27,111 nucleotides of DNA from Candidatus Krumholzibacteriia bacterium (GCA_036351155.1 JAZBOO010000345.1:1-27111); one strand, 5' to 3'. Positions 9,404 through 17,047 are shown, numbered from the stretch's first letter. Program-made: numbers and translations. Notes: generated from the sequence alone by a model not told the origin.

Positions 9404-10236
9404 CCCTTGACTCCTCCGGACATGATGCCTTCCACGTACGTTCGCTGAAAGAGCAGAAATACCACCAGGGCAGGCAGGATGGTGATCAGCGAGCCGGCCA
9501 TCATGAGCTCGGTATCCTGGACATGCTCTCCCACCAGGTTGGCCAGAGCCACAGGCAAGGTGTACAGGCTGCTGTCCGACAGGATGACCAGGGGCCACAT
9601 GAAATCGTTCCAGGCGCTCAGGAAGGTGAACACGGCCATGGTCACGAGGATGGGCTTGATCACCGGCAAGGCCACCAGCCGGAAAACACCGAACTCGCCC
9701 GCGCCATCAATACGGGCCGCATCCAGCAGTTCATCGGGCACGGTCAGGGCATACTGACGGATGAGAAAAATACCGAAGATGCTTGCCAGATAGGGCACCA
9801 GCACTCCGGCGTAGGTGTTCACCAGGCCCAGCTCGCGCAGCATCAGAAACAGGGGCAGCATCCCCACCTGTGCCGGAACCACCAGAGCAGAAGCCAGAGC
9901 CTTGAACAAACGGTCGCGCCCGCCAAAAGGCAACTTGGCAAAAGCGTAACCCGCCGAGGCATTGCACAGCACCGAAAGCACCGTGGCCAGCACCGTGACC
10001 ACCACACTGTTGGCCAGATTTCGCAGCATATCCAGGCGAGTAAAAAGCGCCACGAAATTCCCCAGGGTGGGATCATGGGGCCACAGGTGGGGGGGCATAC
10101 TGTTGGCCTCACCAGGCTGCATCAAGGATGCCGCCACCATCCACCCCAGGGGCATCAAGGTGAGCAGGGCACCGCCGGTCAGGGCCACGTGCAGGAGCAC
10201 CTGGCGGAATCTTCGCCGTCCCCGGGTCGCGCTCAT
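9400..10236 (-). CDS. Carbohydrate ABC transporter permease (MalG-like)
   Basis: Hydrophobic helices, ELLDAARIDGA (EAA loop), WNDFMWPL. True start MSATRGRRR at 10236 (ATGA overlap); the ORF-track upstream extension overlaps the other permease in a different frame. Confidence 0.93.
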   Translation of the reverse strand: MSATRGRRRFRQVLLHVALTGGALLTLMPLGWMVAASLMQPGEANSMPPHLWPHDPTLGNFVALFTRLDMLRNLANSVVVTVLATVLSVLCNASAGYAFAKLPFGGRDRLFKALASALVVPAQVGMLPLFLMLRELGLVNTYAGVLVPYLASIFGIFLIRQYALTVPDELLDAARIDGAGEFGVFRLVALPVIKPILVTMAVFTFLSAWNDFMWPLVILSDSSLYTLPVALANLVGEHVQDTELMMAGSLITILPALVVFLLFQRTYVEGIMSGGVKG

Positions 10237-11123
10237 GGTTCCCTCCTGACCCAGCGCAGCTGGATGAGCGTACCGGCCAGAGTGATCAGCAACAGCAACA
10301 CCGCCACGGCCGAGGCCATGCCCATGCGCCACCAGCGGAAGCCTTCTTCGTACATGAACAGCACCAGGCTCCTGGTAGCCCCCAGAGGACCGCCCTGGGT
10401 CATGACATAGGGCTCGGCGAAGAGCTGGAAATACCCGATCATGGTGGTCACGCTGACGAACAAGAAGGTGGGCGCCAGACCGGGCAGTGTGATGTGCCGG
10501 AAGCGCTGCCACGAGCCGGCCCCATCGATGGCCGCCGCCTCGTACAGTCCCCGCGGAATCACCTGGAGGCCCGCGACAAAAATGAGCATGTTGTAACCGA
10601 AGTTCTTCCACACGGCCAGCAGGATGATCGAGGGCATGGCCCAGTGCGGATCGCCCAGCCAGTCGATGGGCCCCAGCCCCATCAACCCCAGCAGATAATT
10701 CAGCAAACCGTAACGCGGGTGGTACAGGTACCGCCAGACGATGGCCACCGAGACCAGCGTGGTGATCACCGGGGCAAAATAGACCGTGCGAAAAATGCCC
10801 CGCCAGCGCACCAGCTTGCTGTTCAGCAGAAGAGCCGCGCCCAGTGAGGTGATCAGCGAAAGCGGACCTCCGACCAGCACGAACTGCAGCGTGTTGCCCA
10901 CGGCCTTCCAGAAGGTGGCATCGCCGAGCAGGTACCGGTAGTTGGCCAGTCCCACGAATCGCGCCGTCCCGGGAGAGCCCACCGCGTAGATGTCGAAATC
11001 GGTCAAGCTGAGCAACAATCCCGCCGTCACGGGCACCACGAAAAACAGGGAAAGCAAGACCATCGAGGGCATCAGAAACCACCAGGCCGCCCGAGCTTTT
11101 TGACGTTCCAGTCCACTGTTCAT
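10233..11123 (-). CDS. Carbohydrate ABC transporter permease (MalF-like)
   Basis: FVGLANY, WKNFGYNMLIFVAGLQ, LYEAAAIDGA EAA loop, about 6 TM helices. Confidence 0.95.
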   Translation of the reverse strand: MNSGLERQKARAAWWFLMPSMVLLSLFFVVPVTAGLLLSLTDFDIYAVGSPGTARFVGLANYRYLLGDATFWKAVGNTLQFVLVGGPLSLITSLGAALLLNSKLVRWRGIFRTVYFAPVITTLVSVAIVWRYLYHPRYGLLNYLLGLMGLGPIDWLGDPHWAMPSIILLAVWKNFGYNMLIFVAGLQVIPRGLYEAAAIDGAGSWQRFRHITLPGLAPTFLFVSVTTMIGYFQLFAEPYVMTQGGPLGATRSLVLFMYEEGFRWWRMGMASAVAVLLLLITLAGTLIQLRWVRREP

Positions 11124-12412
11124 GGCGACCTCTCAGCTGCGTTCTCCCACAGCCAGCGACGCTTGGCCAGCATGTGGTCCACATCTTCGTCCAGATCGGC
11201 CAGCACCTCATCCGGAGTGGCCGCTCCGTGCACCGCCTGCTCGGCGGCCTCCCAGATCCGGTTGGCCACCTGTTCCCACTCGGGCACCTTGGGCGTGGGG
11301 ACCACGCGTTCCAGCTGCTGACGAAAAGCCGCAGCCCGGGCGTCGCCCGCCAGGGCGGGATCGTCCCAGGCCCTCCGGTGGGCCGGGAGGTCGCCCGTCA
11401 GGTGAAAAAACCGGGCCTGCTGTTCCGGCCGGGACAGGTACTCGACCAGTCGCCAGGCCGCCTCCTGGTGGGCGGAATCCTTGAAGATCACCAGGCTGGA
11501 TCCCCCCGCCAGACTGACTCCCGGGGTCTCAGGATCCGGACCCGGCAGGGGTGCGGTGGCCCAGTGAGGCTGCAGATCCGCGGGCAATCGGCGCTTGAAC
11601 TCCCCCAGATTCCAGGGTCCGCTGACGTACATGGCAAAAGTACCCCGGGCGAATTCCTGGTACAGATTGGCCACCTCGTTGTTCCCCAGCGGAGGGGCCA
11701 ATCCTTCGTTGAAAAGGTCGAGGTAAAATGTGAAGGCTTTCCTGAACTCCGGGGCAGTGAAGGCTCCTCGCGTGTCATGATCCTTCAGCAGGGAAGCGCC
11801 CGCCTGCAACCCCAGGATGACCGGCTGGGGCCATTCGTTGATGGGCAGGAGAATGGCATAGCGGTCTGGCCCTCCGGCCACCGAAACGGCCCGCATCGCT
11901 TCATGCCAGGTGGCCCACGTCGTGGGCATGGTGTCGTAGCCGGCCGCGGCCAGCAGATCACTGCGGTAGAACAGCACCCGTGTGTCCACGTACCAGGGGA
12001 TGCCATACAGGTCACCATCGATGACGTTGGTGTCCCAGATGCCCGTGAAGTGATCCGAGGAGTTCACCTGTGCGGAGGCTGTCACCCGATCATCCAGGGA
12101 GGTCAGAGCGTTGAGCGCGGTGAACTCGGGCACCCAGGTGTTTCCCAGCTGGGCCAGATCGGGAGTGGCGCGTCCCACGTAGGCGGTGAGGAGTTTTTCA
12201 TGCGCCGCGGACCAGGGAATCTGCTGGACCGAAACCCGGACATCCGGGTTCAGAGCTTCGAAATCCCGGACGATCTCCTGAACCACCTCTCCTTCACGCC
12301 CCATGGCCCAGAACCGGATCGTGGTCACCGATCCGGACTGCTGCCCACAGCCCATCAGCCACAACACCCCCAGCACGCCGAGGAAAAAAGCCAAAACCTG
12401 CGATCGGCTCAC
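11120..12412 (-). CDS. Sugar ABC transporter substrate-binding lipoprotein
   Basis: Lipobox LMGC, PDLAQLGNTW, LYGIPWYVDTRVLFYRSDLL (SBP family 1). GTGA overlap with the upstream stop. Confidence 0.92.
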   Translation of the reverse strand: MSRSQVLAFFLGVLGVLWLMGCGQQSGSVTTIRFWAMGREGEVVQEIVRDFEALNPDVRVSVQQIPWSAAHEKLLTAYVGRATPDLAQLGNTWVPEFTALNALTSLDDRVTASAQVNSSDHFTGIWDTNVIDGDLYGIPWYVDTRVLFYRSDLLAAAGYDTMPTTWATWHEAMRAVSVAGGPDRYAILLPINEWPQPVILGLQAGASLLKDHDTRGAFTAPEFRKAFTFYLDLFNEGLAPPLGNNEVANLYQEFARGTFAMYVSGPWNLGEFKRRLPADLQPHWATAPLPGPDPETPGVSLAGGSSLVIFKDSAHQEAAWRLVEYLSRPEQQARFFHLTGDLPAHRRAWDDPALAGDARAAAFRQQLERVVPTPKVPEWEQVANRIWEAAEQAVHGAATPDEVLADLDEDVDHMLAKRRWLWENAAERSP

Positions 12413-13881
12413 GGCTTCCCTTCGGGTTGTTCAGGTACTTCGGGAATCTCGTCCAGCCAGCCCCCGCGGAATCCGGCGCGCCTCAGGCCCCGGATGACAT
12501 GGGGATTCTTCTTCATCGTACGCCAGATCAGCTCGCTGCGATGATTTTCGATCATCGCCACGATGGGGCCCTGGTCAATGCCAAGGTAGTCGGTATCGTA
12601 CCAGCCGTGCTCGGGATCCACGCGTCCGTGCTGAACGGGTACCTCCAGGTTGAAGGTGGGATTCAAGGCATCAAGAAAACCGTAATTTCCGTAGAGCCGA
12701 TCACCATGATCCTGAACCATGGCCTGCAGAACCGGCACCACCACCTCGGGTGCGAAAGGGAGCGAACCCGCAGCTGCGGAAGGGCATACCGTTCCATCAT
12801 CGTGAATGGTGCCTGCGGCAGCACCACGGGCCCAGTAGGTCTGGAAGGTCCGCTCCCGTCCCTCGATGGTGAAGGTTCCGGACACCGGACCATCACAGGC
12901 GGTCAAACCCCACAGGCGTTCTCCATAGCCCCGCCAGCCCTCGGGGTTCTCCAGGGCATAGGCTCGCTGGGAAAGCACGGCGCGTCGAGAATTTTCGAAG
13001 TAGTCGATATCGTGCTGACGGCAGAAATCATCCTGGATTCCCCGCATATCCAGCCAGACCTGGGTGTACTGGTGGCCGAAAAGCGGGGCGAAGGCAATGT
13101 GTTCATATCCCTGAAAACTCTCCCAGCGGAAGCCCGCCGTCCAGGCCTCATAGGCACCGTCAACCACGGGATAGGTCGGGGACCCGAGAGCCAGGATGTA
13201 CAGCAAACCCGCCTCGTTGTACCCCCCCCAGTCATAGGGCAAATGCCCGCTTTCGGGAGACCAGCCATGACCGATCAACGGGGGGCGAGGTGAAGCCCAG
13301 CGCCAGTCTGCAGCACGGTACAGCTCTTCGGCAATGGTCCGGATGCTGTCCTCGACCACATTGGCCTGGTCAAAATAGGACTGGCAAAAAAGCGCGCCGG
13401 CCAGCAGCAAGGCGGTGTCCACTGTGGAGAGTTCCACCGTACCGTATCGCTGGCCATTTTCGGGATGCACGAAGTGGTAATAAAAGCCCTGGTACCCGGC
13501 AGATCCTGCCGGATTCTCATTCTGGGGAGCCTCCCGCAGGAAACGCAGAGACATGAGCACGCGGGCCGCCGCATCAGCCCGGGACACATACCCCCGTTCG
13601 ACGCCGATGGGATAGCTGGTCAGAGCAAAGCCCCCGGCCGCCATGCTGGCGAACGAACGAGTCGGAGCGCGGTCGGGAGTCAGCCCCGTGGTTGAATCAC
13701 ACAGGTCCCAGAAAAAACGGAAGGTATCTTCCTGCAATTGGTCAATGAAAGCGGTTTCATCAGCCGACAATGAAAAAGCAGGAGTGTTCTCTTCAACACG
13801 AGCTCCACAACTGACAAGCCCCAGAACCAGACAGGGTCCAAGAAAAGTCCACAGGAAATGAGCACGGAATCCCAAAGGCAC
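12409..13881 (-). CDS. GH144-like endo-beta-1,2-glucanase ('glucoamylase family') lipoprotein
   Basis: Lipobox LVSC; motifs GLTPDR, ELSTVDTALL, GWSPE, YNE, LFGHQY, WGLTA, YGFLDA, GIDQGP. GGGAG upstream of the GTG. Confidence 0.85.
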   Translation of the reverse strand: MPLGFRAHFLWTFLGPCLVLGLVSCGARVEENTPAFSLSADETAFIDQLQEDTFRFFWDLCDSTTGLTPDRAPTRSFASMAAGGFALTSYPIGVERGYVSRADAAARVLMSLRFLREAPQNENPAGSAGYQGFYYHFVHPENGQRYGTVELSTVDTALLLAGALFCQSYFDQANVVEDSIRTIAEELYRAADWRWASPRPPLIGHGWSPESGHLPYDWGGYNEAGLLYILALGSPTYPVVDGAYEAWTAGFRWESFQGYEHIAFAPLFGHQYTQVWLDMRGIQDDFCRQHDIDYFENSRRAVLSQRAYALENPEGWRGYGERLWGLTACDGPVSGTFTIEGRERTFQTYWARGAAAGTIHDDGTVCPSAAAGSLPFAPEVVVPVLQAMVQDHGDRLYGNYGFLDALNPTFNLEVPVQHGRVDPEHGWYDTDYLGIDQGPIVAMIENHRSELIWRTMKKNPHVIRGLRRAGFRGGWLDEIPEVPEQPEGKP

Positions 13882-13915
13882 AGGAAGCTCCCACTTGATT
13901 GAAGGTCAGAGGAGG

Positions 13916-13944
13916 ATTATCCCTGGAGGTATGGCTGGACGCAA
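13916..13944 (-). promoter_or_regulatory. Putative sigma70 promoter of the GH144-ABC operon
   Basis: TTGCGT-N17-GATAAT on the minus strand, immediately after the upstream terminator U-tract. Confidence 0.55.
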
Positions 13945-13945
13945 C

Positions 13946-13978
13946 AAAAAAAGGGACCCAGCTAAACCGGGTCCCTTT
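13946..13978 (-). terminator. Rho-independent terminator
   Basis: AAAGGGACCC/GGGTCCCTTT stem followed by a T7 run on the minus strand. A second hairpin TCCGGCC-atca-GGCCGGA lies at 13981-13998. Confidence 0.85.
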
Positions 13979-14013
13979 ACTCCGGCCATCAGGCCGGAAA
14001 TCTCCAGAGACAA

Positions 14014-14613
14014 CTAGCGGTACAGAGCCTTCACATTACCCATGGTCATGGGCTCGGAGGCCACCGTTTCGTTGAAGGCAAAGACATTGTAGTCAAAGCT
14101 CTCCCAGGGCGGAAGAACCGGAATGATCTGACCAGCAACCGCGGCATCCAGGGTGGCCATGAAACCAGGCGCACTCGAAGGAGTGGCAGGAGTCATCCCA
14201 ATATAACCAGCTGCAGCACTTTGCACGAGACAGTTGATGGTGGCCAGAACCACGCTACCACCACTCACGGTCGCCGGCGTGGCAAAACCCGCCACAATGT
14301 TCGTGGGGCTGCCGCCGACATCGGTGGCATTCACCGGGAAGCTTGTGCTCAGGGACAGTACGTTATCCAAGGTGAGCCCGAACTCGACACCGTTGACCGC
14401 GGTGATGGGGGCATCCGTCACTTCGTTGTAGGGGTTGTGCAAAACCACGTACAGGTCGACGGGAGTGAAGGCCGGCTGGGGATTGATGCTGTTAACGATC
14501 CCGGCCTCATCAGCATAAATACCCATAATGTTGTGGGTCTGGGCCAAGCCCGTGCTCGGAGCCAGAAGGGACAGAGCAGCCAGGGCGGACACAGCAAAGA
14601 GCATTTTCTTCAT
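14014..14613 (-). CDS. Secreted beta-rich (cohesin-like) protein with C-terminal VASE...VKALYR motif
   Basis: Sec signal MKKMLFAVSALAALSLLAPSTGLA; AAGGGG RBS; paralog of 14950-15552. The cohesin-like fold is inferred from strand pattern only. Confidence 0.8.
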   Translation of the reverse strand: MKKMLFAVSALAALSLLAPSTGLAQTHNIMGIYADEAGIVNSINPQPAFTPVDLYVVLHNPYNEVTDAPITAVNGVEFGLTLDNVLSLSTSFPVNATDVGGSPTNIVAGFATPATVSGGSVVLATINCLVQSAAAGYIGMTPATPSSAPGFMATLDAAVAGQIIPVLPPWESFDYNVFAFNETVASEPMTMGNVKALYR

Positions 14614-14755
14614 GGTCGGTTTCCCCTTTCTTGGAAAATCCATTTCTTAATTACAGGGAGAACCGCCGGAAAAATCCGGGTTCCCACCAGCGTTCCGTCT
14701 GGACCGGTTCCTTCAAGAAAGGAACCAGACCAAGTTTTTCGCCAACTCAGGCAGT

Positions 14756-14784
14756 AAGATACAGGCTAAACCGCACGGTCACAA
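14756..14784 (-). promoter_or_regulatory. Putative sigma70 promoter for 14014-14613
   Basis: TTGTGA-N17-TATCTT. An additional TTGACA with a weak -10 lies at 14879-14884. Confidence 0.5.
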
Positions 14785-14889
14785 GCATTGTTTTGGTACA
14801 AATTTGGCGAACAACGGGCGCTTTGCACACAAAAATACTCGTCACCTGTACATGAATAAAACAAGCAAGAGTTGTACCTGTCAACACCT

Positions 14890-14923
14890 AAAAAAAAAGC
14901 CCGGACGATAAATCGTCCGGGCT
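14890..14923 (-). terminator. Rho-independent terminator
   Basis: AGCCCGGACGAT/ATCGTCCGGGCT inverted repeat followed by a T9 run on the minus strand. Confidence 0.9.
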
Positions 14924-14949
14924 CCACGGCGAACCGTGCTTTAACCGTT

Positions 14950-15552
14950 TTACCGGTACAGGCTCTTCACGCTATCGAAGGAAGCAGCCTCGGTAGCCAC
15001 CGGCTCAGGCAGAGTACCAATATCACCCATGCCCATTGCGGCATTGATGTTACCGATATCGGTGCTGTCGCCACCCAGGTAGATCACCGAGTTGGCACCC
15101 AGGAGACCAGGCAGCAAGGGGTTACCCATGGAACTGGGCTCCGTGCCGCTCAGAGTGAAGACCAAGGGATCGCCACCGAGATACAGAATGGTGGCGGTCA
15201 TCAGCAAGGTCGCTTCGGTGGTCATGGTAGGAACACCATAGCCAACGATGAACACGCCGGCAACCGGGTCGCCGATGTTCAGGGCTTGAGGGTTTTCGAA
15301 CACGTGACTCAGGGCAAAGTAGCTGCCACCCTCGACCGTGTAACTCAGCTCGAAGCCATTCAGCTCGGCGAAGTCAGGGTTGGTCAGGATGAAGTACACA
15401 GGCACCTGGGAATTCGGAGCGACATTGCCCAGCTGGACAGTGTCAGCGGTCAGATCGAAGTAGATACCAACAGAGTTGGGATCGGAATCGATCACCGCGA
15501 AAGCGGACGTGGCCATCACCATGGTGAGAACCAGAACTAGCAACTTCTTCAT
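14950..15552 (-). CDS. Secreted beta-rich (cohesin-like) protein with C-terminal VATE...VKSLYR motif
   Basis: Sec signal MKKLLVLVLTMVMATSAFA; AGGAG RBS; shares GIYxD, Y-x2-L-x-NP, NGxE, PSS and tail motifs with 14014-14613. Confidence 0.82.
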   Translation of the reverse strand: MKKLLVLVLTMVMATSAFAVIDSDPNSVGIYFDLTADTVQLGNVAPNSQVPVYFILTNPDFAELNGFELSYTVEGGSYFALSHVFENPQALNIGDPVAGVFIVGYGVPTMTTEATLLMTATILYLGGDPLVFTLSGTEPSSMGNPLLPGLLGANSVIYLGGDSTDIGNINAAMGMGDIGTLPEPVATEAASFDSVKSLYR

Positions 15553-15800
15553 GGATGTTTCTCCTAAAAAGTGTACAGGCCCTTGTGTTTGTCGCCGTGC
15601 ATCAAACGGGCGAGCTCAATGCGTGGCCCTGCCTCCTGCATCGGCAGGACCACATTGGATCTGATCACCGGCGAAAAGCTGGGGCGAAACCCGGATGCTT
15701 TCCAATTTCCCGTAGTTTCCTGCGGGAACGCTGTTGATCCAGCCAGCGTCAAACACTATGCGAACCCCACTCATACGGGGGCGGTTGCGAAAAACCTGGC

Positions 15801-16448
15801 TTAGGGGCAAGCCGCGCCGTTACCGGCAGCCAGCTTTTGCACGTCAGACAGGTTCACGACACCGTCGGCGAAGAAATCAGCCGAGAAGTCGTAAGCGCCG
15901 TAGAAAACGGACGAGAAGTCCGAGATATCCGACAGGTTCACAATACCGTCACCGTTGATGTCAGCACTGTTGAAACGAAGTGCGAAAACGCCACTGTTGG
16001 CGCCACCGGTGATCGCATCGCCACTGACCATCACGGTGCAGTTGGCCATGCTGTAACCGCCAGCACTCATGGCATTCACGAACTGAGTCTCGCCGTCAGC
16101 ATCGGTATCGAGGTCAGCAGTCGCGCCACCCAGACAGGGAACCATTCCACCATCAACGGACTCCAGCCACACATCTTCGGCGGGGAAGTTCGGGATGACC
16201 GCATCGTTACCATCACGCAGCGTGACGATGATGCTGGCATCGACGATATCCGACGTACCGATGACCTGCGCCGTGGTGAAGGGGCTGCCACCGCCGTTAG
16301 GCAGGTTGAACAGGGCCACTTCAGCACCCGAGTAGTTGGGGAAAGCCGCTTCACAATTACCGAGCTCGGGAATACCGGCCATGGCAAAAGAAGAAACGCC
16401 GAGAAGCAGGGTACACACGAAGATACCCGTGATTTTCCTAAGATCCAT
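15801..16448 (-). CDS. Secreted protein with Ig-like (Big-1-like) domain and C-terminal dockerin/EF-hand-like duplicated Ca-binding repeat
   Basis: Signal peptide ending AMA; GGAGG RBS; IIVTLRDGNDAVIP...TDADG (Ig-like); repeats SADINGDGIVNLSD and SADFFADGVVNLSD. Confidence 0.8.
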   Translation of the reverse strand: MDLRKITGIFVCTLLLGVSSFAMAGIPELGNCEAAFPNYSGAEVALFNLPNGGGSPFTTAQVIGTSDIVDASIIVTLRDGNDAVIPNFPAEDVWLESVDGGMVPCLGGATADLDTDADGETQFVNAMSAGGYSMANCTVMVSGDAITGGANSGVFALRFNSADINGDGIVNLSDISDFSSVFYGAYDFSADFFADGVVNLSDVQKLAAGNGAACP

Positions 16449-16559
16449 TAGGACACCTCCAAAAAAGGCACAATCTAGCGAGGGTGGCTAACCCAAGCGA
16501 ACGTAATGACAACTGCGTTGATCTCCTTCCCACTCACATATCCATCACTTGACGGAATA

Positions 16560-16588
16560 AGGTTACCACAGGGGGGGGACACACGCAA
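16560..16588 (-). promoter_or_regulatory. Putative sigma70 promoter with extended -10 and a G8/C8 tract in the spacer
   Basis: TTGCGT-N17-TAACCT with TG preceding the -10; A/T-rich sequence upstream. Confidence 0.6.
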
Positions 16589-16739
16589 CCCCCATTTTTG
16601 AGGAAATAAGGAAAATTTAGGTAAAGATCAGATCACCGGCAGTACGGGCACATTTGGGCAAATAACGGCATGTTTTTTGCCGTTTCAGCCCGTCAGGGGG
16701 AGGGATGGTGCTGATATGGGGAATCAAAACCGGTTAAAG

Positions 16740-16816
16740 TGGTGGGCGAAGCAGGACTCGAACCTGCGACTTCCTGCGTGTAAAGCAGGCGCTCTAGCCA
16801 ACTGAACTATTCGCCC
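16740..16816 (-). tRNA. tRNA-Val (anticodon TAC)
   Basis: GGGCGAATAGTTCAGTTGGCTAGAGCGCCTGCTTTACACGCAGGAAGTCGCAGGTTCGAGTCCTGCTTCGCCCACCA: full 77-nt cloverleaf with encoded CCA. Confidence 0.97.
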
Positions 16817-16820
16817 ACCT

Positions 16821-16997
16821 TCAAGAATTCACGCTCTTCCGGAATGCCCGCCAGATGAAAATGGGAAGCCCCAGGCAGTAGCCCCCCACCAGCAAGATCG
16901 GCCCCACGGACAGCATGCCCATTTTCAGGGTCACGAAACCCACCGCGATCACGATCAGCGAGACCCACAGCACGACGGTACTTTTGAAGAACTCCAT
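16821..16997 (-). CDS. Small two-TM membrane protein (possibly DUF3098-like)
   Basis: 58 aa with two hydrophobic segments and a GPILLVGGY motif; AAGGA upstream. Start is uncertain (16997, 17006 or 17036). Confidence 0.65.
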   Translation of the reverse strand: MEFFKSTVVLWVSLIVIAVGFVTLKMGMLSVGPILLVGGYCLGLPIFIWRAFRKSVNS

Positions 16998-17047
16998 GAT
17001 GTCCACTGATCCTTTCGACCCTTCTGGCTTTCTCATCCCGTGGCCCG

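Noticed and set aside
10237..11211. Apparent 603-aa fused permease
   Set aside because: The upstream part is an alternate frame over the MalF-like gene; the true start is 10236 with an ATGA overlap.
15553..15800. c-di-GMP-I, cobalamin or other known riboswitch
   Set aside because: I could not find the diagnostic conserved motifs; it is retained only as an unclassified structured region.
13940..16740. Genomic island integrated at the tRNA-Val 3' end
   Set aside because: No integrase, transposase or duplicated tRNA 3' end was seen; the lower GC is explainable by intergenic DNA and high-expression codon bias.
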